DNA from: Octopus vulgaris
Lineage: Eukaryota
Assembly (NCBI GenBank): GCA_951406725.2
Contig: OX597814.1
Location: 194,060,001-194,124,000, forward strand
Reading direction: 5' to 3'
DNA length: 64,000 bases
Shown here: piece after piece, positions 52,898 to 64,000 of the stretch
Position numbering within the stretch: the first letter of the stretch is position 1
How the letters are laid out: the number at the start of each line of letters is the position of its first letter
Translations under genes and position numbers: made by a program
Notes under the pieces: model-generated
Database searches by the model: none
Told to the model about the DNA's origin: nothing
Seen by the model: the letters and a program-made list of their open reading frames with translations, nothing else

Positions 52898-53190
52898 TAA
52901 CATTGGCAGAGCCATACAATGATATAAGATAAAACACTAGCATTTGCTACCAATTCTTGCTCCCAAGAAGGCCACCTCTTGAAATTCCTTTCCTGCCCTG
53001 GGTTTTTTATTTTCTGTAGTCATTGACACAAATCATAGATGCTCAAACTGGCCATAATTCATACTGATCATACATTCATACATTCTGAAAAGACCTGCAA
53101 GGGTCATGAACACAAGCCCTTCCTACACACTAAGTCATAAAAATGTGACAGGCTCTAACAACAGAGCAGAAAATCAGTAAAAACAGACAA

Positions 53191-53232
<42 letters not shown>

Positions 53233-53258
53233 GGCACCAAATATTTAATATTTATTAC

Positions 53259-53372
53259 CTCTTTCTGTATTTCGAACACCAAGACTAATCGTTGGTATGG
53301 ATAAATCTTCAACATCACTGTACAACTCAGCATGTTTTGCTTCTCTTAACCATGTAGACTTGATAATTGGGA
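53259..53372 (-). CDS. B3GLCT: B3GLCT exon
   Basis: ttttag|TC...G|gtaat; VPIIKSTWLREAKHAELYSDVEDLSIPTISLGVRNTERG; 114 nt, phase 1-1. Confidence 0.93.
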
Positions 53373-54096
53373 CTAAAATGAAAAGAAAACCAAGAAAAGT
53401 AAGGAAAGAGAAGTTCCACACATGCAGTAAATACATGAAATTACCCTAGCTTTCATATACGGAGTGGTTGGCATTAGGACGGGCATCTAGCTGTAGAAAC
53501 CTTACCAGATCAGATTGGAGCTGGGTACAGCCTTCTGGCTTGCCAGTCCTCAGCCAAACCTATTTCTTTACTATCCACAAGGGGTTAAACACAGAAGAGA
53601 CAAACAAGGACAGGCACCCGAATTCAGTCGATTACATCAACCCCAGTGCGTAACTGGTACTTAATTTATCGACCCCGAAAGGATGAAAGGCAAAGTCGAC
53701 CTCGGAGGAATTTGAACTCAGAATGCAGCGACGGATGAAATACCACAAAGCATTTCGTCCGGTTTGCTAACGTTTCAGCTCAGCCAAACCATCAAACCCA
53801 TGCCAGCATGGAAAGCGGACATTAAACAATGATGATGAGGGTGTGTGTATATGTCTGAATGGTGAAAGCATGTAGCTTAGTAGTTAGAGGTATTTGCCTC
53901 ATGATCATAAGGTGAAGAGTTCGATTCCTGATGGTGCATCATATTTTGGGCAAGACACTATATTTCACATTGCTCCAGTCCACTCAGCTGGCAAAAATAA
54001 ATCATACTTGTATTTCAAAGGGCCAGCCTTGTCACATTCTGTGTCCTGCTAAATCTCCCAAAGAACTACATTAAAACCTCAGGTGAATGTATATAC

Positions 54097-54315
54097 CAGT
54101 GGTTTTCAACCAGGGTTCCGCGGAACCTTAGGGTTCCACCAGTAGAGTCCAGGGGTTCCACAAGAAGTTACAAAACTGCTAAAATCGGCAGTAATTTTTA
54201 ATTTTCCTGTGCAGATATGTGTGCATAAGACTATTAAATTATTGCACAGGGGTTCCCCGAGCCAGTGGAATGTTTGCTTGGGGTTCCGCTCTAGCAAAAC
54301 GTTTGAAAAGCACTG
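54097..54315. mobile_element. hAT (Charlie-like) MITE
   Basis: CAGTGGTTTTCAAC...TTTGAAAAGCACTG; near-perfect 8-bp TSD GTATATAC/GTATATAT. Confidence 0.75.
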
Positions 54316-54652
54316 GTATATATACTCTAAGTGTATGTGAGCAATTTTGGCAGAAGGAAACTGTAGGAAGCTCATTGCGCATATATATAAATCAAACCAT
54401 GCCAATGAAGAAAGAGAACCTGGAAGAGCCCTCTGGAACATCTGTTCTTGTCAAACTATCCAACCCATGCCAGCATGGAAGAGATGTTAAATGACAATGA
54501 TGGAATCAAACACCCACCTCAGTCAGTTTGAAACCCCACAGTTTAGTCCCCATTCCCTTAATTTCTACTTCAAACTATGGCAGAAATCACTCAGGCCCCT
54601 GAAGAACCAAATTACAGATTACTGAATGTATTATTTCAAAGTAAATACTTAC

Positions 54653-54722
54653 CTCGTTCATTGTGGAATTTCTGACAGGTCTTCACAGCCACAAACAAGT
54701 CATTACTTGAGATGGGGGCACC
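54653..54722 (-). CDS. B3GLCT: B3GLCT exon
   Basis: cag|GGT...G|gtaag; GAPISSNDLFVAVKTCQKFHNER (Fringe-like FVAVKT motif); 70 nt, phase 0-1. Confidence 0.93.
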
Positions 54723-54806
54723 CTGGGTTTAAAATAACAGACAATCATTATTATAATGTCCACAACATAATACAGTGCAAACATTAAACTAACATATATA
54801 CTTTAA

Positions 54807-55028
54807 CCCTTTAGCATTTAAACCGGCCATATCCGGCCAAAAGTATTCTGCCTGTTTTATGTTCAAACTGGCCAGATCTGGTCTCTCACACCAACCCTAC
54901 AATATCATTTTAAAAATTAACAGCTACCTCATCAAAATCTCATAGCTACAAGATTAATGCATGATTAGTTCAAAACAATGTGGATGAAGAAGCATTAATT
55001 GTGGAAGAATAATGCGAACACTAAAGGG
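54807..55028. mobile_element. piggyBac-type MITE
   Basis: TTAA|CCCTTTAG...CTAAAGGG|TTAA. Confidence 0.8.
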
Positions 55029-55034
55029 TTAAAG

Positions 55035-55630
55035 CAGTGTTTCTCAACCTTTTTACCTTTATGTAACCCTTAGAATAAATTACATGTCTCAAGGAACCCC
55101 TGCACAAAAAAAAATTATATACTATATCTTTCTCGTATTTTTTCCTCGATGTTCATGTAATATGTATATATATACGACCTCAAACCCACAAGAGTAAACA
55201 AGAGAGACAGAGACAGGCAGAAACAAGGAAAATGCCACTTGTATTTGAACACTATACAAATATTCTTTTTAAAAAACTTTTTTAATTTTTCTAAATTTAA
55301 TTGTTTTCCATACTTAAAGTTGAAAAAGTCTCAATGACTGAAACCGGTACTGAAATGTTTTTTATAAAATTATTTTAGCATTTTCTATCTTGACTTTTTT
55401 TTCCATATATATATCTCCCTAATGTTTGTTATATTTTTCTGATAATATAAAAGGTGAAATAGGATGATGTCTCTATTACAGTATTACAATAACCAATATG
55501 TTGTGCATGCATTGTAATATTACAATCGTGAAATTAGCATTAGCTTACATCTCACCCTTTCTCTCGGGGAACCCCTAGGAACCTTTTGCAGAACCCTAGG
55601 GTTTCAGGAAACCCTGATTGAGAAATGCTG
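55035..55630. mobile_element. hAT MITE with an internal HHR-bearing insertion
   Basis: CAGTGTTTCTCAAC...TTGAGAAATGCTG; ggaaccc subterminal motifs. Confidence 0.65.
55314..55353 (+). ncRNA. Minimal type I hammerhead variant with U3-A8 core
   Basis: AAAG-UUGAAAA-AGUC ucaau GACU-GAAA-CCGG-UA^-CUG; stem I weak. Confidence 0.55.
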
Positions 55631-58514
55631 CATTAGATATAACCCACCACCAGCAACACCATCATCATCATCAATAGCAGCAAGTTTTAATGATTTTTTT
55701 TTTTTTTTTTTTTTTTGTACTAGTTTCAGTCATTTTGACTGCGGCCATGCTGGAGCACCGCCTTTTAGAGTGGTGAAAGAGTACAGCAGGGATCACCACC
55801 ATCCCCTGCCGGAGCCTCGTGGAGCTTTTAGGTGTTTTCGCTCAATATAACACACACAACGCCCGGTCTGGGAATCGAAACCGCGATCCTCCGACCGCAA
55901 GTCCGCTGCCCTAACCACTGGGCCATTGCGCCTTTATAATTGTTTTTTTTAAATGTTTTCTAAAATCAATCTTCAAGCAAAGGTGCATGGCTTAGTGGTT
56001 GGAGGTATTCAGCTCATGATTAAGGTTGGGTGTTCAATTCCCAGCAGTGCAGTCTATCCTTGAATCCATTCAGCAGGTAAAAATGACCTGTGCCTGTATT
56101 TTGATGGGCCGGCCTTGACAAAATCTGTATCATGTTGAACCTTCCCAAGAAATATGCCATGGATATGCATGTCTGCAGAGTGCTCGAATTTCCAAATTTC
56201 ATGATGAACGAATGCTAATGAGATAGATATTAATTTTCAAATTGAAAATATCAAATCAAAATTAAATTAAGCAAGTTTTGTATTTGAATCTTATTTATTT
56301 ACTGGTTTCAGTCATTGGACTGCAACCATGCTGGGGCACTGCTTTGAAGGGTTTCATTGAGCAAATCAGCCATAGCACATTAATTTCATGAGCAGGCTGT
56401 TCTGTTGATCAGCTCAACTGGAACCATTGTCACAGTAGCCAAACAGAATGGCAGTCAATCTTTTTTGAAAAGGTCATGAGTAAACACTTGGCTAATGACC
56501 CTGTTGTATCTTGGTCAAGACACACAACTTCAGCTGCCCATCTTTGCAGTTAAGCAAGTATCAATGGAGGAAGAACAAAATAGTGGTTCAAAAAAGGCGG
56601 TGAGCTGGCAGAATCGTTAGCACGCCGGGCGAAATGTGTAGCCGTATTTCGTCTGCCATTACGTTCTGAGTTCAAATCGGGGTCGATTAAATAAGTACCA
56701 GTTGTGCACTGGGGTCGATATAATCGACTTAATCCGTTTGTCTGTCCTTGTTTGCCCTCTCTGTATTTATCCCCCTGTGGGTAGTAAAGAAATAGGTATT
56801 TCATCTCTCTTTATGTTCTAAGTTCAAATTCCGCCAAGGTCGACTTTGCCTTTCATCCTTTCAGGGTCGATATATAATCGACTTAATCCGTTTGTCTGTC
56901 CTTGTTTGTCCTCTCTGTGTTTAGCCCCTTGTGGGTAGTAAAGAAATAGGTTCAACAAAGAATTGAGCTAGAAGTAGTAGCTGAATCTTCAAATTACACT
57001 ATGCTATAAATCCTCAGACGACACTGGCAGAGTCAGTAGAGTGTCAGACAGAATGCCTGATGGTATTTATTTTGACTCCTTGCACCCTGGGTTCAAATCA
57101 CAAGGGTTACAATAAATATAATTTTACAATGATTATAATTTTACCTTTCCAAATTTCATGATGAACGAATGCTAATGACATAGATATTAATTTTCAAATT
57201 GAAAATATCAATAAATGAAAATTAAATTAAGCAAGTTTTGTATTTGAATCTTATTGATTTACTGGTTTCAGTCATTGGACTGCAACCATGCTGGGGCACT
57301 GCTTTGAAGGGTTTCATTGAGCAAATCAGCCACAGCACTTTGTTTTTTTAAATCTGGTACTTATTCTATCAGTCTCTTTTATCAAACTGCTAAGTCACGG
57401 TTAAGTAAACAAATGAACACCAGTTGTCAAGCAGGCAGAGAGAGACAAACACACACACACACATATGGACACACACTACATACATACATTACATACAAAT
57501 GAATAAATACACATACATACACACAAGCACATATTACATTCTTGTATACTTATATACATACATGTACACACATACATAAACATATACATACACACACATA
57601 TAGACACACACACACGTTCATACATGTACACACATACAAATATACATGTACATACATACACACGCACATACATAAACATATACATACATAAACATATACA
57701 TACACGTACATACACACATATACATACACACACGTACACACACACAAACTGGGTCTTCACACCAAATTTCTTCCCAAGGCATCGATCAGCCTAGGGTTAT
57801 AATACAAGACGACCACGGTGTCACATAGGGGAACTGAACTCAAAATATGTGGTAGCAAAGTGAGCTTCTTAACCACATAGCCATTCCTGTGCCTATATTC
57901 CCAATAGATATGTTATCAATAACAATAATACTGTCTGACAATCAATTACAGATGCAGCATCAATCTTTTATAGCCAATAGTATCAAAAGGATGTTTCCAA
58001 CACGATCTATCGTTAATGATGGTTACTGTAGGGTAAACAAGGGAGATAAATCCAACAAACTTAGAGTTGCCTTCCTTCGACAGACAAACGAAAATAGACA
58101 GTGGTGAATGTATTGGGTTGTCCGGAAAGTTCGTGCCGATTTATAGTAGCTTACCTTTCGGCTTATTTTAGAACATGGTTGAGTCCATAAGATAGGATTT
58201 GACTACACCTCCATTTAGAGCACAGTTTAAGCTATCTTTTCGCGGAAGAAGATTTATGTTCCTATAACCTGTGTTAGTTCTGTAACCCTTTAAAATGGAA
58301 GATAAGAAAGTCCATTTTCGGCACTTGATGCTTTGGGAGTACCACTTTTAGTCGAGCACATCGACCCCAGAACTTATTCTTTGTAAGCCTAGTACTTATT
58401 CTATCAGTCTCTTTTGCCGAACCACTAAGTTACAGGGACGTAAACACACCAGCATCAGTTGTTAAGCGATGTTGGGGGGGACAAACACAGACACACAAAC
58501 GTACACACGCACGC

Positions 58515-58547
<33 letters not shown>

Positions 58548-58826
58548 CACACACACACAGACACACATATATATATACAATGGGCTTCTTTCTGTTTCCG
58601 CCTACCAAATCCACTCACAAGGCTTTGGTCGGACGAGGCTATAGTAGAAGATACTTGCCCAAGGTGCCACGCAGTGGGACTGATCCCAGAGCCATGTGGT
58701 TGGCAAGCAAGCTACTTACCATGCAGCCACTCCTACACCTTAGATAAAGAACATTTCACAGAAAAGAAGAAAAAAAACATTGTGACACATTAACCAAGCA
58801 GTTGATGAGGAGAGAAAACTACTTAC

Positions 58827-58940
58827 ACATTGAGGAAATTTGAGGGGTAGATACGTCACACAATCTTGTTTCCTGTTACAAAACTCTGGCACATCAGTGA
58901 GAGCAACACCATTTCCATCGTCCCAAATGTACATAGCAAG
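58827..58940 (-). CDS. B3GLCT: B3GLCT exon
   Basis: taag|CTT...TGT|gtaagt; LAMYIWDDGNGVALTDVPEFC...PQC; 114 nt, phase 0-0. Confidence 0.92.
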
Positions 58941-60160
58941 CTTAAAATAGAAGAAAATATTTTAGTTAAGTCATTACACATTACACCAGAATTACAAAGG
59001 AATGACATAATTGAGTGTGGATGTTTGGACGCTGACAGTCCGGTACGGCTGACTGGACATTAAGCCAGTTTTGGTGACAGTACAGAAAAATACTCTCTTA
59101 CTCATTACTCTTTTACTTGTTTCAGTCATTTGACTATGGCCATGCTGGAGCACCGCCTTTAGTCGAGCAAATCGACCCCGGGACTTATTCTTTGTAAGCC
59201 CAGTACTTATTCTATCGGTCTCTTTTTTGCCGAACTGCTAAGTGACTGGGACGTAAACACACCAGCATCGGTTGTCAAGCAATATTGGGGGACAAACACA
59301 GACACACAAACATTATACACACACATACATATATACATATATACGACGGGCTTCTTTCAGCTTCCGTCTACCAAATCCACTCACAAGGCTTTGGTCAGCC
59401 CGAGGCTATAGTAGAAGACACTTGCCCAAGGTGCTACACAGTGGGACTGAACCCGGAACCATGTGGTTGGTAAGCAAGCTACTTACCACACAGCCACTCC
59501 TGCGCCTATAAAAAATACTCATCATCATCATTTAATGTCTGCTTTCCATGCTAGTATGGGTTGGACGATTTGACTGAAGACTGGCGAACCAGATGGCTGC
59601 ACCAGGCTCCAATCTGATCTGGCAGAGTTTCTACAGCTGGATGCCCTTCCTAATGCCAACCACTCTGAGAGTGTAGTGGGTGCTTTTACGTGCCACCAGC
59701 ACGAGGGCCAGTCAGGCAGTATTGGCAACGGCCACGCTCAAATGGTGTTACTCTAGGAGTATATTCTCTGAGTGTCCTCATCATCATCATCGTCGTTTAA
59801 TGTCTGCTTTCCATGCTGGCATGGGTTGGACTGTTTGACTGAGGTCTGGCAAGCCAATAGGCTGCACTAGGCTCCGATCAGATCTGGCAATATTTCTACA
59901 GCTTGATGCCTTTCCTAACGCCACCCACTCCAAGAGTGTAGTGGGTGCTTTTTATGTGCCACCGGCACAGGAGCCAGTCAGGCAAGCCTGGCTGAAACAA
60001 TTAAAAGATAAAAGATAAAATGAAGGGGTGCAAAGAAAGAGCAGTTATGTTCTGATACAAAAATATCTTGCAATGGCTGCAGTTTTATGGAATTTCTTTG
60101 GATATAAAAAAAAAAAAATACAGGTGAGTAACAAATATCGAAAGCAACAGGAATATTTAC

Positions 60161-60224
60161 CTCATGTTTCAGGTCTATGGAGAAGTCAGTTCGCATATTG
60201 CTGGGTGGCCATCGATAATGTAGA
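60161..60224 (-). CDS. B3GLCT: B3GLCT exon
   Basis: ttag|T...GAG|gtaaa; LHYRWPPSNMRTDFSIDLKHE (cf. DFTIDLKHE); 64 nt, phase 2-0. Confidence 0.92.
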
Positions 60225-60589
60225 CTAAAGAATGGAAAAACACAAAATTTTGGTTATTTAAAGATTTTTTGCTACATACAAGGACACAAAATACAGGAAA
60301 ATTTATTAACCAGAACTGGAAAGATGTAAAGTGCTGGGTTTATAATTTTGATCAGGACCTTCATAATATAAATGAAATGATTACAAATAGGTCTGTAATT
60401 TGAAATGCAGACTTAATAGAGTCAAGAAGAATGCTTTGCAGTATTTCTTCCAGCTTTTTATGTTCTGAGTTGAAATCCCACAATGTACAGAGACATAGGA
60501 ACTAAGGTTAGAGTTAACAATGAGTTTGGTAATAAGATGCTTTAGGGAATGGCAATTACAGAGGTATCAAAGGCAGCAAAAATGAGAAA

Positions 60590-61215
60590 ATGTATTTCAT
60601 CTGTCTTTACGTTCTGAGTTCAAATTCTGCCAAGGTCGACTTTACCTTTCATTCCTTTGGAGTCGATAATTTAAGTACCAGTTGCATACTGGGGTCGATA
60701 TTATTGACTCCCCACCCCCACCTCCTCAAAAATTACAGGCCTTGTGCCTAGAGTAGAAAAGAATTACAGGGGTATAAGGTGACAAGCTGGCAGAATCTTT
60801 AACGCACTGGGCGAAATGCTTAGCAGTATTTCATCTGCCGTTACATTCTGAGTTCAAATTCCGCCAAGGTCGACTTTGCCTTTCATCCTTTCAGGGTCGA
60901 TAAATTTAGTAACAGTTACGCACTGGGATCAATGTAATCGACTTAATCCATCTGTCTGTCCTTGTTTGTCCCCTCTATGTTTAGCCTCTTGTGGGCAATA
61001 AAGAAAAAGAAACGTTAGCATGTCAAGCGAAAATGCAAAAATGCATTTCATCTGTCTTTACATTCTGAGTTCACATTCTGCCAAGGTCGGCGTTGTCTTT
61101 CATTCTTTTGGGGGTCAATAAATTAAGTACCAGTTGCATACTGAGATCGATATAATCGACTCCCCACCCCTACCTCCCCAAAAATTTCAGGCCTCGTGTT
61201 TAGAGTAGAAAAGAA
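60590..61215 (+). mobile_element. SINE family A array (CpG-decayed)
   Basis: Three units with alternating tails. Confidence 0.8.
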
Positions 61216-61453
61216 TTACAGGGGTATCAAAGTGTCAGATCAGGTTATGAAAGCTACAGAAAGAGTTCATTACTCAATTGGTTAAAATGAGGATTAACTC
61301 GGGTGTTAATGCACCCAGAACTCTGTAAAAGTAATTGATTTTAAGAAGGGCATCAAGCTGTAGAAACTAAGATGACAGGCCCACCGACTCATCTAGAAGA
61401 CTAGCACCCTTAAATATATGCTAATTCAAAGTGTAGCAACCTATCCAGTTTAT

Positions 61454-61803
61454 TTACATTATTTACATTCGATGGATATTTGTCCTCATCTTGTTTGTTG
61501 TTAACATAGTGTTTCGGCTGATATACCCTTCAGCCTTCATCAGGTGTCTTGGGGAAATTTCGAACCTGGGTTTCCATTCCTAAGGTATTTTTCGATGTTG
61601 TTATTATTATTGTTCAGGTCACTGCTTGGAATCGAACTCGGAATCTTGGGGTTAGTAGTCCATGCTCTTAACCACTACGCCATATGCCCGTGGGCATATG
61701 GCATAATGGTTAATGTTGTGTTCACAACAAATAAGATGAGGATAAATATCCATCGAATGTATATAATGTACATAATTCCTCATCTCTTAAATATAGAACT
61801 GTA
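61454..61803 (-). mobile_element. Fold-back tRNA-headed HHR retroelement, copy 2 (B3GLCT intron)
   Basis: 13-bp TSD CTATCCAGTTTAT at 61441-61453 and 61804-61816; one full arm plus a short inverted arm with tail. Confidence 0.85.
61503..61548 (-). ncRNA. Minimal type I hammerhead in the tRNA-headed element (stem III mutated)
   Basis: GACAC-CUGAUGA-A-GGCUG...CAGCC-GAAA-CACU-AUGUU. Confidence 0.6.
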
Positions 61804-61968
61804 CTATCCAGTTTATGCCTGCATAGAGAGGAGAGGAGGATTGGGGAGGGAAAGGAGAGGAGAAGGAAGGAGGATGACAATGACAACAATAACAAGATGA
61901 AGGCAGTGGCAGGCAGCAAATACATTGACGTACAATGAAAAATAGAGAGGAGAGCAGCAAAAACTTAC

Positions 61969-62105
61969 CTCTTCACTAAAGGCATGCTCATTAAAAAGCC
62001 AAGTGCCATGTTTGGGTAGGAAAACTGGCTTGGGTTTTCAGCAAAAGCAAAATGATGTATTATTACCGGTGATTCATCCTGGAGAGCATTGCCAAGGAAT
62101 AATGG
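61969..62105 (-). CDS. B3GLCT: B3GLCT exon (first in window; upstream exons lie beyond 64000)
   Basis: ttcag|CCA...AG|gtaag; PLFLGNALQDESPVIIHHFAFAENPSQFSYPNMALGFLMSMPLVK resembles the human B3GLCT segment [24 protein letters not shown]; 137 nt, phase 0-2. Confidence 0.93.
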
Positions 62106-62159
62106 CTGAAACAGAAGACAAAGAGACATATATTTTGGAATCGAAATTGAACCAATCCT

Positions 62160-62635
62160 ATGACTGGCACCCGGCAGTTACCAGTGCCGCTGGACTGACT
62201 CTTGTGCAGGTGGCAAGTAAAGAAACACCGTTTCTACCCTGTGCTTGAGGATACCTATTGAGTCAAGTATACCGACATAAAAAAATCAATGGAAATTGTA
62301 GTTGTGATCCCTGTGCCGGTGGCACGTAAAAAGTACCATCCGAACATGGCCGATGCCAGCACTGCCTTGACTGGCTTCCGTGCTGGTGGCACATAGAAGG
62401 CACCAATCCGATCGTGGCCATTGCCGGCCTCGCCTGGCACCCGTGCCGGTGGCACGTAAAAAGCACCCACTTACACTCACGGAGTGGTTGGCGTTAGGAA
62501 GGGCATCCAGTTGTAGAAACTCTGCTAGATCAGACTGGAGTCTGATGCAGCCTTCTGGCTTCCCAGATCCCGGTCGAACCGTCCAACCCATACTAGCATG
62601 GAGAACAGACGTTAAATGATGATGATGATGATGAT
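62160..62635 (-). mobile_element. Interspersed repeat family E (gatgcccttcct motif, (CAT)n end); strand given relative to the catcatcgtttaac-start reading
   Basis: Other copies at about 40497-40790, 48916-49290, 53460-53840, 59518-59990, 62985-63660. Confidence 0.75.
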
Positions 62636-62654
62636 ATATGTCATTCACAGTTTT

Positions 62655-62972
62655 ACAAAGTCAGAAAACAGCACAGCTCCCATGACTTTAGGAAACATTT
62701 TTTCACGCTAAGAGTTGCTGAAGTATGGAACAAACTGCCGGCATCAGTTGTTAGTTGTCGGAGCACTGCATCCTTCAAAACTTCCATGCTTCCTGAGATT
62801 CGCCAACACTACACCTGATTTTCTCCCCTCCATACACACGCAAGCATGTATCTGACTCATACACTGTTCACTTCCCAGACATTTGTACATTACTGCATAT
62901 TCTTTATAAGCACTTTTGACAAGTTGTGGGGCACCTGAGCACTGTATACAATAATTTCATTATTATTATTAT
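62655..62972 (+). mobile_element. CR1-type LINE 3' end with (ATT)n tail (tail also at 33725-33825)
   Basis: RKHFFTLRVAEVWNKLP...FK. Confidence 0.75.
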
Positions 62973-63242
62973 ATTATATTATATTCATCATCATCATCAT
63001 TATCGTTAACGTCCACTTTCCATGCTTGTATGGGTGGGACAGTTTCACAAGAGCCTGTCAGGCAGAAGTCTGCACTAGACTTCCGTGACTGTTTTGGCAG
63101 GATTTTTACAGCTGAATGCCCTTCCTAACACCAACCACTCAACAGAGTGGACTTAGTGCTTTTTACATGGCACAAGCACAGGTGAGGTCAGTTTTGGCAT
63201 GGTTTTTACAGCTGGGTGCCCTTCTGAACACCAACCACTTTA

Positions 63243-63594
63243 ATACAGTTCTATATTTAAGAGAGGTGGAATTATGTACATCATTTACATTATTTACTTT
63301 CGACAGATATTTGTCCTCATCTTGTTTGTTAACATAACATATGCCCACAGGCATATGGCGTAGTGGTTAAGAGCGTGGGCTACTAACCCCAAGATTCCGA
63401 GCTTGATTCCAAGCACTGACCTGAAAAATCATAATAATACTAATAATAATAAGATCGAAAAATACCTTGGGAATGAGAACCCAGGTTTGAAATTTCCCCA
63501 AAACACCTGAAGAATGCTGGAGGTTATATCAGCTGAAACGTTATGTTAACAACAAACAAGATGAGGACAAATATCCGTCGAATGTAAATAATGT
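63243..63594 (+). mobile_element. Fold-back tRNA-headed HHR retroelement, copy 3 (inserted in a family E SINE)
   Basis: 13-bp TSD ACCAACCACTTTA at 63230-63242 and 63595-63607; A box TGGCGTAGTGG at 63356. Confidence 0.85.
63502..63547 (+). ncRNA. Minimal type I hammerhead in the tRNA-headed element
   Basis: AACAC-CUGAAGA-au-GCUG...CAGC-u-GAAA-CG-UU^-AUGUU. Confidence 0.6.
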
Positions 63595-64000
63595 ACCAAC
63601 CACTTTACAGTGTGGACTGGGTGCTTTTAAGTGGCACCTGCACTGACAGGGTCACTAAGTACTTGCAAGACAAAAAATAAAAGAAAAAAAAAACTAAATT
63701 TTGCAAAAGAATATATATCAGTATATCTGTCTTGCATTTCTTATTTCTTTATTGCCCACAAGGGGCTAAACATAGAGGGGACAAACAAGGACAAACAAAG
63801 GGATTAAGTTGATTACAACGACCCCAGTGCGTAACTGGTACTTATTTAATCGACCCCGAAAAGATGAAAGGCAAAGTCGACCTCGGCGGAATTTGAACTC
63901 AGAACGTAAAGACAGATGAAATACCTATTTCTTTTACTACCCACAAGGGGCTAAACACAGAGAGGACAAACAAAGACAGACAAACGGATTAAGTCGATTA

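Overview
AT-rich, repeat-dense animal genomic DNA. The SINE repertoire and (TA)n/(TG)n load suggest an octopus or other cephalopod (inference). Most ORF-track entries are microsatellite or SINE artefacts. Real coding content: (1) nine 3' exons of beta-1,3-glucosyltransferase B3GLCT on the minus strand (62105 to 48626, ending HDEL); (2) an orphan plus-strand terminal exon (11572-12074) ending in a hydrophobic, GPI-signal-like tail; (3) a 5'-truncated but uninterrupted Neptune-type Penelope-like element (RT + Zn linker + GIY-YIG, about 13553-18317); (4) decayed CR1, RTE, Tc1-mariner and GIY-YIG fragments. Main discovery: about 10 type I hammerhead ribozyme (HHR) folds read by eye. Most sit in short non-coding asymmetric fold-back elements with 12-14 bp target-site duplications and a one-sided terminal extension, which is the Penelope integration signature. 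They include a tRNA-headed (Pol III-type) HHR SINE (3 copies) and families whose catalytic 3-8 base pair is C-G, U-A or G-C. Structures were paired by hand and repeat boundaries are approximate.
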